Shown: piece by piece, positions 12,681-26,144 of the stretch
How the letters are laid out: the number at the start of each line of letters is the position of its first letter
How positions within the stretch are numbered: the first letter of the stretch is position 1
Assembly: GCA_051294375.1 (NCBI GenBank)
Contig: CM119266.1
Coordinates: 4,586,573-4,650,572, forward strand
Source: Paraspadella gotoi
Lineage: Eukaryota > Animalia > Chaetognatha
Direction: 5' to 3'
DNA length: 64,000 nt
The notes under the pieces: model-generated
What the model was told of the DNA's origin: nothing
Seen by the model: the letters and a program-made list of their open reading frames with translations, nothing else
Databases searched by the model: none
Made by a program: the position numbers and the translations under genes

Positions 12681-14054
12681 TCACGCGATGTACTTGTTCC
12701 TAGTGATGGAACCGTACTTGGTGATGGTGTCCTTGTGAGCCTGGAACCCGAGCTGAAATTGCTTGGGCAGCTCGAGCTCTTGCCTAAGCTTGGTTCCGAT
12801 GAACATGTTGCTCTCCTGGTTTTCGGCATCGCGCGTCCAGACGGCCAACTTATCTCCTTTCGGCCTCAGGTTGACCACGGCTCCGCAGACGTCGTCCGAG
12901 TATTTCCCGAACATGTGGCCAATTAGGCAGAGGAGAGTGTGCGTCCAGAGTCGGTCCAAGATCTGGGCGCGGTGAGCCTTGACCGTGTTGACGAGCCAAC
13001 GCCCGCCGTCCTTGTTTTTGGGGTCTTCCCACATGGGCTCGATTCCTTCCTTGAACATGGAGTAGTCGCAGCCTTGACCAAGGTTGCTCGGCATCTCCAG
13101 GTGATTGAAGAGCGCCCAAAAGTCTTCGATCGTTGAGAAGGAGAGAATATAGCGTTGGTTCTCCTTCCAATCTTTGGTCTTGTCGTTCTTGAAGTACCAG
13201 AAAGCCCAGGTGTGCTCCAAAGGATGCTTGATTACGGGTTCCGGAGAGGCGACGGTCGACGACGCCGAGCTGGTAGATGGTCGGTCGGCAGCCCCAGGAC
13301 CGTCTCTGGGGCGGACGACAAGCTCGCCGGAACAGGTCTTGGGCGATCGTCGTGATTTGGCCATGTCTTGATCTTCCGATTGATCTTTCTCTGAATTTTG
13401 ATTTTCTTCTTTTCTTTCTTTATCCTCGCATTTCGAGGTATCAAGATTATTTTCAGAGATCATCTTTGGCGGCGAAGATTTCGAGTCGCCATTGTTGGCG
13501 GGACCGCTGTTGGTTTGACCGCTGTTGGCTGGAACGCTGTTGACTGGAACGCTGTTGCCTGGACCGCTGTTGTCTGGAACACTGTTGGCTGGAAGGCTGT
13601 TGCCTGGAACGCTGTTGCCTGGACCGCTGTTTCTAGAACCGTTATTGGCACCTCTGTTATTGGTAGCCCTGTTGTTGGCGGCGCGGGGCCGAGGGACGTA
13701 GTTGGCGAGAAAACCCGGCATTATACTTTTTTCGGCTTCCAAACTCAAATCGCGCATAAGAGGAGTCAGAACTGTAGTCGGGGCGACGGGATCCTTCGGT
13801 GTCGGATCTGTAGTCGGGGCGACGGGATCCGTCGTCGTATCTTCCTTTTTGATCGTTGAAGCTTCGGTAGTGGGGGCTTCTTGTTTGGATGCTTGGTTTG
13901 GTTGATTGCATTGAAGTTTTTTCTCGTTAGACTTAGAATGAGCGTCGGCCTCCGCAGTTTTAATATTCTTTTTTTCGTTACCCTTTTTCTTCTTTTTCTC
14001 TTCGTTTTTCGAACTGCGCCATGGACCCGGTTTTCCCTCTAATTTCGACGCCAT
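12681..14054 (-). CDS. eIF4E: Class I eIF4E, intronless, with a ~270-aa N-terminal extension
   Basis: Motifs KHPLEHTWAFWYF, KDWKEN, IEDFWALFN, DYSMFKEGIEPMWED, GGRW, DRLW and LAVWT give all eight conserved Trp plus the cap-binding W56/W102/E103 equivalents. The C-terminal KYGSITRNKY matches the S209 site. Confidence 0.95.
   Translation of the reverse strand: MASKLEGKPGPWRSSKNEEKKKKKGNEKKNIKTAEADAHSKSNEKKLQCNQPNQASKQEAPTTEASTIKKEDTTTDPVAPTTDPTPKDPVAPTTVLTPLMRDLSLEAEKSIMPGFLANYVPRPRAANNRATNNRGANNGSRNSGPGNSVPGNSLPANSVPDNSGPGNSVPVNSVPANSGQTNSGPANNGDSKSSPPKMISENNLDTSKCEDKERKEENQNSEKDQSEDQDMAKSRRSPKTCSGELVVRPRDGPGAADRPSTSSASSTVASPEPVIKHPLEHTWAFWYFKNDKTKDWKENQRYILSFSTIEDFWALFNHLEMPSNLGQGCDYSMFKEGIEPMWEDPKNKDGGRWLVNTVKAHRAQILDRLWTHTLLCLIGHMFGKYSDDVCGAVVNLRPKGDKLAVWTRDAENQESNMFIGTKLRQELELPKQFQLGFQAHKDTITKYGSITRNKYIA
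13490..13680 (-). repeat. Coding 15-bp tandem repeat (NSGPG/NSVPA pentapeptides) in the eIF4E extension
   Basis: About 10-12 units of the ggaacgctgttggct/ggaccgctgttgcct type. Confidence 0.85.
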
Positions 14055-17000
14055 GTTTTTTCTTTTTCAAATTCTTTTTTTTTTTAATTCGCAGAAAAGT
14101 TTTTTTTTTATTATTATTATTTTATTTTTTTTGAGGGTTGGAACTCGTTTTTTGGTCAAAACGAGGAAAGTAACATTGGAGTCAACTGACCAGTTGACCA
14201 AGCGAGAGGAAAATAGACCAGGCCAGAAACGAGGAAAACAATTTGGCTTCGAAGGACAAGACAATGGATTTTGGAAACGTGGGGTTTCCTCGGCCAAAAC
14301 CGGGCTTCGTTTTGTGGACACGTCCCAGTTTATTTTGCAGAGGTATCGGTAAACTGTTTTAGTAACATGAAGGAAACGCAGAAATGTTTCTATATTTCTG
14401 TGACAAATAAATTTATTGTTTCCGTTGCGTTGGCGTCAGACATTTCTCGTTTATGATGAAATACAACTAGTAGGAATTCAGGAATTACAAGGAATTAAAA
14501 TTTGTATCATTGATGTTAGTGTTGCAGGTAAAACTATTCGACACGGACAAATTTTTTTATAGTTTGTAACGTACAAATTTTTCACTTGCCACAATTATTT
14601 GCTACTTATTACAATGACCATCTTTTCGCATAGCATAGCAAAGCAACACCCGACATTTTATGAAGAGTGGACGGTCACTCTAACATCGTTTATTCGTCAT
14701 TAAATATATTTATGACAATGAAAAATAACGTGGCGTTACTGTCTCGTGCTGATTTTGTCCGCTTAAAATTTTTTCTGAGCCAAATTAATTGATTATTACT
14801 TTTGGTAATATGTGCGATATACACTACTGGACATTACTGTGTCTGACCATAACCCTTGACCATCAACAAAAAAGCTAACTAGATCAAAAATAATAAAAAA
14901 GATGAAGCAAATATAGCTCGAAACGCTTACAAAATTTTAGACCATTGCTTTTATAAATGTAAAAAAAATATATAATATTATTAAAACAAAATTTTAATGA
15001 TAACTTAATAGTTAACCGAAACCAAGATGAATATTTTTTACCCATCATTTTCTCAATTTATATGAATCATATGTTTGTAATTAGTCGATTAATCTAAATA
15101 ACAATATGACAAATTCATTTTTAATTTTTTTTATGAATGGGAAGTTTTTACTGCTTACTCCCCTTGTGTTTAATTATCTAATATTTTAGAGGTATTTTCA
15201 AAAACCTTATATAATTACTATATTTTTCACTTTTTTTCAATTCTTTCAAACAAAAACAATATCATAAAAACATTTTAAATTAATAAAAAAAAATTGATTG
15301 AATGATTTTGGAAAAAATATTTGAAACGTGAGAATAATGGATTTCAAGTTAGGAAAAAAATTTTGCAATTCTAAAAAAATCAGCCTCTAGCCTTTCGATT
15401 TTTCTAGAGGCTGATTTTTTTATTTTTTTGATATTTTGATTTTCTATGCAAAACCATTATTCTCAATGAGCATAGGACGGAGGAAATTTTTTTTCAAACA
15501 ATTTGAAAAAATTTTAGCTTTTTTAATTAGGCTTTTTTGGGGAAATAAATAAATCAATTATTATACGATGGGTACATCTGAAAGTGATATGTCTCTAAAT
15601 GACAAAAAAATTTTCTTTTATTTTAAAATTTAAGTATTGTATCAATAGAAATAAGTGAGATACTCCCGCTTTGCCAAATTTTTTATTTAACAAAGATTTG
15701 TACTGCGTAGTTTGAAAAAAGTTATTTTATTAAATAACTTTTGAAAGAAAAGAGCTAGCAAGATGGGTGTGGTATCAAATTAAAGCCCTAATCATGGGAC
15801 ACCTTTCTAAAAAAGTTTTATTAAATTAAATCCATAAATCTTTACACAGCTTTTGTTTAAATAAGAGTTAAAAGTATAACAGTTTTTTGCTTTAAAAATT
15901 TTAATGAAGGCATATGAAATTTTTTATTTTTCTTTTGTAATTTGAAAAAGGAAAGACTGAATTACATTTGATTATTATTAAATTTTTTTTATTCCATAAA
16001 ACTGCTTATATTTTTAAGTTAAAGTAAAAACAAGCAAAAATTTATATTGTAGCTTGATAAAATGTCTTTTTAAATATCAAAAATGATAAATACAAAAATG
16101 TTTTCAGCTTGATATAAACAGTCTGGACATCTACCTTCTTGTCTGTGAAAAAAAAATTGGTATTTTTTATTATCTTTAACTGCAAACTAAAAGCTTAACA
16201 CACTGCTTGTTTATCATAATAAAGTTTTAAAAAATTATTAGCTGGCATATATTTGACAAAGCAAGACATCATTGTGTTAAATTGTATTGATAATTTTTTT
16301 TAAATATAGCAAGGAATTTAATTCTATTATTTATCATCCATTTTAATTAAAAAAAAAATATTTCTTGTAATAGCCATTAGAAAGGGTTCATTGACTGACT
16401 TAATGATCGAATTTTTTAAATATCTTTACTGCCCCCATTTCACAAGATATAAAAGGTCATGGTTATCATGTCAGTAAGTCCAGATTATCTGTACCCTTTA
16501 TACAACCTGCATTCTGAATTTTCTTTTTTTCCCTTTCAAAAGTATTAAATAAAAAAAATTATTTGAGAGAACAATCGGTATGGAGGATGCCATTGGTAAG
16601 CCTTAGTTACCCACTTCCCGATCGAATTTTTAAATGAGGTTTTTTTTTTCATCTATTTGAGACATAACATTAACTATTGGTACTATTATTTTTTAAAATT
16701 TTTTTTTATACAATTCTAGGAATAAATATGAATAAGTAACTTTTTAAAAAAAAATTTATCATCTTTCACCCTAATATCGGTCATATCTAAAAAACAAAAA
16801 AAGATTTTGCATTGATATTTTGGATAACGACATATGAAACTATTGTTCAAAAAAATAAAAAGAAATATAAAATATTAAACAGTGAATTTTTTTTATGCAC
16901 GGAAAAGTAACGTTACGCCATTTTTCATTGTGTCTTATATGTAATTTGGTAAGTTTGGAAGATGTAACATTGTAATTTTTTTATCATTGGCATTGTTCAG

Positions 17001-17763
17001 CATTTTAATTTAGGGACGTCCAAAGACTTTTTTTATTACTTCTCTCAAACATAATAGCGAATGGTACACATTCGTTCTTTAAAGCTAATGTTTTCCTTCG
17101 TTTTTTATTATTACTGCCTTACTCTTTTTAAAAAATATATTTCTATTAATTAGTATCAATATCAAATTAATCATTATATCCTCTTGTGACGGATGTTCAT
17201 TTGAATAATGTGGGTGCAAAGGGCGAACTCTTAGCGAACTCTCGAGAGAGAAAAAAGAAAGAAAGATCAAAGAATCTGTTTCGTTTCTGTCAAAACAGAA
17301 AGAGAAAGAAAGAAAAAAAGAAAGAACCAGAAATACGTGCTGAGTCAGGTTTGTGTTGTCTGTTAATCACTCAAAATGAGTGTGATGTCGCAACTTAGGC
17401 GATTATCTCTCAATCTTTAATCTTTTTCACGGTCGTCAGTCAGTAAGTTGTTAAATTCCTATTTGTCCTCACTTCGTTTAAGTAAAATACGTAATTTATC
17501 ATTAGTCTTGAGTGGTTTTGCCCTCGTAAATGACTGACCAACACCATTTATATTTCTTTTCAATTTCTAAGAAATGGGAAATGTTTCTATGTCTTGTCAA
17601 AAACTAAATGTAATGATAGGCGCAGGTTATTTCGTATTCGAATTAACATAATAAACAACAATAATATTACATTTTTTCATAGTTTTTTTAATTGAACTTC
17701 AAGCGAGTCAACGATATTGCAAAGTATTTGGCAAGAAAGGTGTAACTTTGAAATGAATTAAAG

Positions 17764-20700
17764 ATGGCGTCCTTCGTAACTCTACGAGACGACGAATCTT
17801 GCGACGACGATCTTCGTCTTGAACTTGACGACGATGACGATTTCGCCGTCGTCAAGGGCGACTACGCTTCAGGTTCGTGGGCTTAACAAATAACCAATAT
17901 TTTAATGTTAAATCTAACTAATGCGATGTCTAACTTAGACATAGACTGCCTTACTTCAGATAAATATTTTTCTCAAACAGTGGTCTTTCAAAACCTGGCG
18001 GAAAAGTATCCCATCGACGCCCACATCGAATGCAAGTACACGTTGACGAGAACCTACGAACCTCATGCGAGCGACTGGATTGGCCTCTACAAGGTTTCTT
18101 TATGACCCTTTTGGGCGCAACCAATTGTATTGATCATTATCCACTCAATTAACCATCACCAGTTTAATTTTATTTCCATATAAAAGGTCGGCTGGAGTTC
18201 CGTCAAAGATTACAAAACCTACGAATACGTAAAAATTCCCGAGCCGTACAAGAAACACGAAAATAATGTGGCTCAAGTTTTGTTCAGAGGTGATTTCCAA
18301 AATCTAATTTGCATTTGGCAGTGTAATCATAGTGCATTATTCGTCCCTTATTCCAGTGTTATACTTTTCATGATTCTTAATAATTTAGGGTCTTTCTACC
18401 TTGAATTAATATATTCTCTCATCCCGCCGCTACTTGATCTGCTGCTGAAGCTACCGTCTCTCCTTTAAAATAAAAATGTTGCGATTTGTAATTCCGGTCC
18501 CCAATTGATGAATATTCCTCACCAACCCCTGACAACCCCTTACCCATCGCTCCCCCCCATACCCCCAGCCACTTCGCTCCCCGGCGACGACGCCGAGTTC
18601 TACCAATTCTGCTACGTTGGCGGAGGCGGCGTTCGCGGCGCCTCCGTCCCTTTTCAGTTCAAGCGTCCGTCGAGCGAAGATTTCGTCGAAGTCGAGGGCG
18701 ACGACGAACTCTTGATCGTCCGAACCAAGTCCGCCGTCCTCCAGGTGCCGGCCCGACGGTGCCGACCCGATATGGCTCGGCTCCTTTGCGGCGCCGCCGT
18801 CTTTGTATTTTTGTTGAGCGAGTTAGCTTTACGGTCTTGGGAGCCGTTCAAGTTGGGATTCCGTGTTTTATCGTGAATCTTAGTCTATGTATATGTAGGT
18901 GAAATAAAATGTTTGGTTTTTGATAATTTTGAGGGACAGAATAACTTACAATACTTACCGCATGCGTATAATACTTATAAAACTGGTGGCACTGGTTGTT
19001 TTTCTACGAGTATTAGACCTACCAATCAATTATCACTATAATCCCATATTTTTTTTCAAATCTCCCACCGGTAGGAGTCTCTCGAGATTGCGGCTAAAAA
19101 AGAAAGAAAACTCGAATCTGAGAAGAAAAATTTGGAGGCAGAAAAGAAAATGTTGCGAGTGAAATTGGAAGAAATCGATCGCGAACTCGAGGACAAGAAT
19201 GACCAGGTCAGTGCCTCATTTTCAGGGTACAGGGTGTTTTACTTTTAGTCAAATTTGAAAAGTATTCGGATCTTTGTTTACTTCGGGGAAAACTTGTAAG
19301 GGGGGGGGGTTAAAAAAAAGTAGCATAGTCCTCCCTTTGATGGAAAAAAAATCATTTCGAAGCAGTTCATATGGTCCTCAACCTTAAGGATGACGCTGTA
19401 AAACTTTTAACTTTTTAATCCTGACATAGCTGAAGGATAGTGTCAAACCAATATGAAAAACTTAATGTTAAAATATTATTTTGCCGAGTTGTAAAGTTGA
19501 GGTTTAAGTATGAAGAAGATTTAGACACCTTCTTATGGATGTTCTGGAGAAAACGTAGTCGGTAAACAATAAAAATGATGGTGAAATAAAAATGAATACG
19601 TGCATGTTATGATCTCGTTTTTAATCAGGTCAACGATTTGGAGAAGTTGCTGGAGGCGCGAGAGAGAGAGATGGCTGAGGTTGCGGCTTTGCTGCATCAG
19701 ACGCGAGAAGTCGAGGCGGAACTCAGCATCAAGGTTCTTTAAAAAAAAGTTCTTGTTAATCGCGGCTGGAGCGAAAGTAAAGGCCATATTCGGGTCTTTA
19801 TCTCCCAAGGTTTCCGATCTGGAAAAAGCCGTGGCCCAGCGCGACGAACGGATCGTTGAACTCAAGGCCTCCGGAGCTGAATCAGCCGCGGCGGCGCAGG
19901 ACGCGCAGCTCGAAGTGTCGCGTTTGAAGGAAATCAAAGAAGCCGACGAAGTGGCGCTGGGCGAAATGAAGGAGACGGTGAAAAATCTTCGATCGCAAAT
20001 CGACGAACTTGGCGGGAAAACTTCCGGTTTGGAGGAGGAGAAGGAATTGTATAAGGTGTGTGGAACCGAGGTGATCGTCGGAATGGTTTTTGTTGAATGT
20101 TCATTCTTAAGGTGTTGTGAATTTTATTTCCATTGAGGTCGTAGATGGATTTGTGAGAAAAATAATCTTCGATTATCACACGCGCTATTTTTTTTAGAAA
20201 GAAAGAATGAGGGAGTGGGGAGGCTGTGGAAGGGCGAAACCTATGGTCACCACAATATTTTCTTTATTCCTTTTTCTCCCTAAAATGATCCTTCTTTTCA
20301 CCTCCCAAATTTATTTTCCTTTCATCCATCAAACCCCATCATACCCATCAATGATTCAACATCAGTCCCACATCACGGTGACGGAGGAGCACCTCCGATC
20401 GACTCAGACCGAACAGTCGTCGCTGAAGAAAATCCTCGAAGAGAAAGAGTCGGTCGTTCGAAGGATAAAAAACGAATCGGAAGCGATGATGAAAGAGATG
20501 ATCGTCTTGAAGGAAGCGATCGACGTCGAGAAGCGAAGATCGGAGAAGTTGAACGTTAAAGTCAAAGACTCGGAGGTGAACGCGGTTGGGTTGTTTGGCT
20601 CTTTTGAGTCTTGAAATTGGATTTGATTGAGACTCTTTAATTGAGATTTAAATGAGTGTTGTACGTAGATAAACTTGTGGTTCATTTTAGATAAGCTCGT

Positions 20701-23700
20701 ATTGCAGCAGTCTTAAAGGAACTACAAGTGGTTTTTTTGGGGGGCGGGAGGACGCGAGTACTCCGTCTCTTTTTTACGTTTGAAAACATTTAAGCTATGT
20801 AACATTGTGACAGTGAGCCATTTTAGTTATTACTTGGCCCATACTCGTTAAGCAGGTGATAAAGCCATACAACAATAAACAACATTCAAGTGAGTCTTGT
20901 GCACAGACATTAGACAACAATGAATCCAATAGACAAATGTTATTTAAACAGGATTTAACCCTTCACCTTCGCGATAAGCTGGCCAATGCCTCCGACAGAG
21001 CCGAGGCCGCTGAGCAATGCAAGCTCATGTTGGACGAGCAGATGAAGGTGAGACTGGGAGGGGGAGTGAGAAAAGCCTCTTTGCCTTCATTGCGAGACAT
21101 TAAACCATCTGCCCTCTTAGGCTTACATCGCGGCGTTCGAAGGAGCCTCCAAGGATCTGGTCGACGCTCGCGGGCAGATTCACGATTTAAAGGGACAGGT
21201 TCGTCCAGGAGTTTTGGAATTTCATATTGGAGTCTAGTTATATCTCTATTATTTTTATTAACGCTACGTTTTAGATCAAGCTCAAAGACAAGCTGCTCAG
21301 CGAAAAGGCGGAAATGCTTGCTAAACTCCAATCGACCTTCGACGATTTAGAACTGGAGCGAGACGCGCTCGTCAATAAAGTGACGGCCTTTGAGGAAGAC
21401 AGACGTCTCGGTTTAAAGGTTCGGATGTATGGATTTTAATTTTAAATAATTATTATTATTATTTATTATTAATAAAACATTTATTTTTGTTGATCAAACA
21501 GGAAAAAGAAGATTTGGAGTCGTCGTTAAACGAAGTGAAGTTGCAATTGGAAGAACTTCAATCTAAGGAAAAGGTATGGAAGAAGATTAATGTGAAACCA
21601 GCGAAGGCGATATTGAAAATTATACATTCATTTAATTTTTATAAGCTGTCATGTCTACTGATTTGATGGGTTCATCCCTCCATCCCTTTTATAATATAAT
21701 AATATTACAAGATTCTACAAGCTTTCATTCTGGACGCTTAGTGGACAGTTATTTTTACTTTTTTTTTAAATTCCTCATTTTTTATTCAAATAAAGGAAAC
21801 GACGACCGAGGCTGCGCCAAATTCCACGGAAGAATCTGCGTCATCTGATGTTGACGCGGCGTTGCACGCGCTGAGGATCGTCAACAACCATCTGGAGAAG
21901 CGACTCGACAAAAAGGAGAGGCAGGTGAGATCCATCGATCCTTTATCTCTCCAGAGTCTTATTCCTGGAATCGACCTTACTCTCTTTTATTCTCTCTCAG
22001 CTCAAGAAATTTTCCTCCCACGCCGCCGTCGAAACCGAATTACGGAAACAAGTGGAAGACTTGAAACGCCGTCTGGTCATGGGCGCGGAAGAGTACAAGA
22101 AGCAATACACCGAATGCAAGAAATTGCAGAAGAAGTTGATGAAGATGTCCAAAGAAGGTGGGTGTGGTCGCTTATTGATTTTAATTTGAAATTGTGGCCA
22201 GGTATAATATATTATAAACGGACATTGTAGAAATTAATTTGAAACATTCTTTGAGAGTGAGACTGTGAGAGAGTCTTGATTGAAAGCTTACAGCCTGTAA
22301 TACAGGGAACATCTTATGTCATTATCTTGTAAGAGTGATGGAGGCCTTAAACCACCAAAGCCTGTCCAAAGTCAGAGGCAAAATAGCTTATTTATTAATT
22401 GATTGAATAATTTTTATATTGGTTGTACCAATTTCATAAGTAAGTATTTTATACGAGCTACAGTCTTTAAATATAATGATAGGCCTAATCGCGAACTGAG
22501 AAAAAGAAATGTATATCTTTTACGTATATTTATTTCATATTTATTAATTCGTAAGGCGATGAGGACGACAACTGCTCGGCTCATCCATCGAAACTTGGAA
22601 ACGTCGGAGCGGAAGCCGATTGGCAGCAAAAGTTGGAACAACTGAGAGACAAAAAGAACAGATTTAAGCAGTTATATCAGGTCATTCTTGCTGTTGATTA
22701 GTGACTTAATTAGTATATGAAAAAAAGTAATAAACAAGCTCTTAACTTACGGTCATAAGTAACGAAAACAATTGTTTTAAATTTCAGAACGAATTGGAAA
22801 AAAACAAGGCTTTACAAGCAGAAATAGAGGCTATGAAATCGGAATCCCGCGGAGGTGCTTGCTTGTTTGTCGTTGTCCTTGTTTTTTTTTTTCCATCAGT
22901 GATATTCTACCGATTATATTTGTCCAACGCTAACGATTTCCATTCCAAAAAAAGGTTCGTCGCGCTGCGATGTTTCCATCAAACGTTCCATTTCGACTTC
23001 CGGTTCCATCGACGCTACCGTTCGATCCTCGGCGGAGGCCACGCCCACCACCACCTCTCCACTTTTTCCTTCGGAAGAAAAAGAAGCTTCGTCGAGGATT
23101 CTTAAACCTTTGCCGCCACCGATGATTCCCGTCGTGTTGCCCACTGGTAACACAACTTATAATTCTTCTGTATGTTAACATTAAACGCACTAAACAAATA
23201 TCAAAATACAGATTTCAATATTTTTCATTCAATTTTCGGTTGCTGTATGGTCTAAGTTTGATTATGTCCGTGACAGTTTTAATTTAACTCGAGTAATACT
23301 AAATTATTTTAATCAATCAACACTTGTTGACAACAATATTGACAACAATGTGCATGTTCAATGCTTTTGGCGTCACGTGACCGGAATTACAGTCACAGAA
23401 AGTCAACGCGCCATAAGTTGTTTAGCATTTACTATTGATAATATTAGTTGATGAGGAGGTAAAACATAATAAAGCACTAGTTTTTAGTTTATAATATTAG
23501 TTAAATCACGTGATCCCCTGGAATTGCGATCACATGTTAAAAAAAATGAATGCCACTCTTTTTCGCGTTTCAGCTAAAATGGCGGCAGTTCGCGCGGTCA
23601 ATGAACTTCCGCCGTCGCCGAAAGAGTTGGAGGCGGCGCTGTTGGCGTCCGGCGCCACAAGGGCCGAGACGTCTTCGGTCAAAGCCACGCCCACTTCGGG

Positions 23701-26144
23701 AGCGCGAAGGTGAGGAAGCGATTTGAAAATCTAATATAATCTAATGTAGGGATTTAATAATTAAAAAGAAAAATTTGGGAATAATAATTTTAAAAAGTTT
23801 TTATATTAAAAAAAAACGAGAACGAATCCAGTGAACACAAATTGACGGGATTTATAATCGATCAATAGGTTTCCATATTTTAAACCCAGATCTACCACTC
23901 GGTGTCGTGAAAAGATTGTTCCCCTCAAATAGAATTGTAAAGCTTTACTGACAGACAGTTTTACAAGCAGTAGGAATAGATAAATAGACAGCTTTACAAA
24001 TATAATGGAAGCATTAAGATAGGCAGCATTACAAATATTACAAAATATATAATATAATTTAAAGCTATTCTATTCTAATTCTTATTTCAATCTTTCGTCT
24101 TCATCTTTTAAAGGTCGACGTCTCGTCCGACTGCCGACGCCGAAACTGGAATCGCCGAGGAAGTCGTCGTCGACGTTTGCCCAGAAGACAGAGAAGAGTC
24201 AGTCACTTCTTTAATAATATTTTTATTTTAATAGTATTAATTCCATTAACACTATTAATACATTTTAATTTTTGCGCCACAGATTCTTCTTGGCGCCGGA
24301 ACCGGCTCCCTCTGCGCCGCCGATGCCGTCGTCGCCTCCCGCGCAGGCCTCCGCCCCGTCGCTGCAGCGCCCGCGCAGCGTGACGGTGCCGAAGGAAATC
24401 GAAGCTAATCTTCCTTCGGTCGGAGCGAGAGGGAGAGATAACCAGGTCTGCAATCGGGGTTAAAGTGAAGAGGATGAATTCAATGTGGATTGCTTTGTCT
24501 TGCAATGGTATTTAAGGAAAGATTGGATGGTTGGTTTGGGAAACGAAGCGTACGGTTGGTTGGACATATATTTTAACGGTTGATTGGTTTTGCTTTCATG
24601 ATCATGGTTGAATGGGTCGATTTTGCTTGCAAAAATGCAAAAATGTGAAAAATCAGGAAAGCCGACTATCGTATGTACAGTATGTACACTGTACAGTCCT
24701 GTGCAAAAAAAAGAGGACTCTCTTCAAACTTTAGTTGCGCTCTTTTTTAAGCACTTATTATAAAAAATTATAAATGATAAATATAGCTTTTAAAATAGGA
24801 AATCTATATGTGTAAGTTAAAAGAAAATCATTCCAAGCATTCAAGATCTATAGCTTCCTAAAGACAAGTAGTTCAAAATATTCATCATTTTAATCACTAT
24901 AAAAAAAAATTTTTTTTAAAGATCTGCTAAAAACTTAAAATATTTTTTAACCTTAATTTATAGGCATTATTTATGTTTTGTAAAAATTATGAATGAGAAA
25001 TAAAAACTTTTGAAAGACGAATCCATTATATAATTTAAAAGAAAATGGGTCCAGTCATTCCAGAGCTACAGCACCTTAAACACAAGAAATTAATAATAAT
25101 TTAATTTTCTTTTGTTCTGATTTTCTGTTTGAGTACTTAGTAGTTGTAACTGAGTAATTATTTTTAATAAATCACTGCTGAGTAATGGATATCTATTGAT
25201 TAATTAAATTTATACCAATAGTTCATATTTTTTGGTGTCCTCTTTTTTTGCACAGGACTGTACTGTGAAGTATTCAAAACCGTATTTTGTAGCATTAATC
25301 GTTGATCTAATATTCACGTCAGACGGAGAAAACTCCTTTCTCTTGCGACAAGTGTGAGAAAGTGTTTTCAGTCGAAGCGGAGGATTCGGAAATCGCCGCA
25401 CATTTGCAGGTTTTTTCTTTTTTTCAATTTTAACTCGGAAAGGGATGAAGAGCTTATACAAAGTCAAGATTGCTTCTATTTTATTTAAATAATATGGATA
25501 TTGATCGTTGCTTCATCTCCTCAGGAGCATTTGGGTCGAGTCTGTCCCGTCTGCAACCGAACTTTTCCTTTCGGTTCGGACAAAGATTATCAAGAGTTCG
25601 AGTCTCACGTCATGAGTCATTTTGATGACGAAGGTAAAAATGCTCCCCACGCCTACAAATCTTCTTTATAATAACATACTAATAAATAACTTACATAATA
25701 ACATACATATTTTGATGCTAGTGCGGAGTACAATATAGTATTCCCCGATCTAATACTTAAGGGAGTGGTCTTTTCATACAATTGAAACATTCTTTGAAAT
25801 ATTATACCACTTCATTGATAGGGAAGCCAGGTTCACTGGGAGTGAATAAATAAGACTGAGAGAGTCTTGATTGAAAGCTTGCAGAATCCTGCTATGTTAT
25901 TATCTTGTAAGTGTGATGGAGGCCTTAAACCACCAAAGCCTGTCTAAAGTCAGGGACAAGATAGCTTATTTATTAAATGAATGGATAATTTTTATATTGG
26001 TTGTACCAATTTCATACAAATCTATATGAATTATAGCTGCATTTAACCATTTCTCCCGCAGTGGCTGACGACGGAAATGCAGAGCCGCGGCAGGAAGCTT
26101 CAGCGCCGCAGGACGCTTCCTTCAACGAATTCGATTTCGTTTGA
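17764..26144 (+). CDS. TAX1BP1: TAX1BP1/CALCOCO-family selective autophagy receptor (SKICH, LIR, coiled coil, UBZ zinc finger); multi-exon
   Basis: SKICH domain: FSQTVVFQNLAEKYP...CKYTL...DWIGLYK|VGWSSVKDY...EFYQFCYV...GASVPFQF. It is followed by DFVEV and ELLIV motifs, long heptad-rich exons (19-22.9 kb) and a Pro/Ser linker. The UBZ CPVCNRTF...FESHVMSHF is at 25525-25633; the last exon 26062-26144 ends EFDFV*. Confidence 0.88.
24694..25260. mobile_element. Tc1/mariner-type MITE (567 bp) in a TAX1BP1 intron
   Basis: Terminal inverted repeats cagtcctgtgcaaaaaaa(a)gaggac / gtcctctttttttgcacaggactg, flanked by TA on both sides; no ORF. Confidence 0.9.
25719..26017 (+). mobile_element. Longest copy of a high-copy ~300-bp dispersed intronic repeat (class unresolved)
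   Basis: Core gattgaaagcttgcag...ttatcttgtaag...ggccttaaaccaccaaagcctgtc.aaagtcaggg.caagatagcttattt. Further copies at ~1355-1530, 22240-22440, 35100-35370, 37545-37712(-), 46890-46985(-), 52385-52470(-), 55000-55370 and 61800-62040. Confidence 0.85.

Noticed and set aside
14827-16483. Large element with terminal inverted repeats
   Set aside because: The inverted similarity (ctggac.ttactg...ataacc) is weak and gapped, with no clear TSD or ORF; it may be a decayed transposon.
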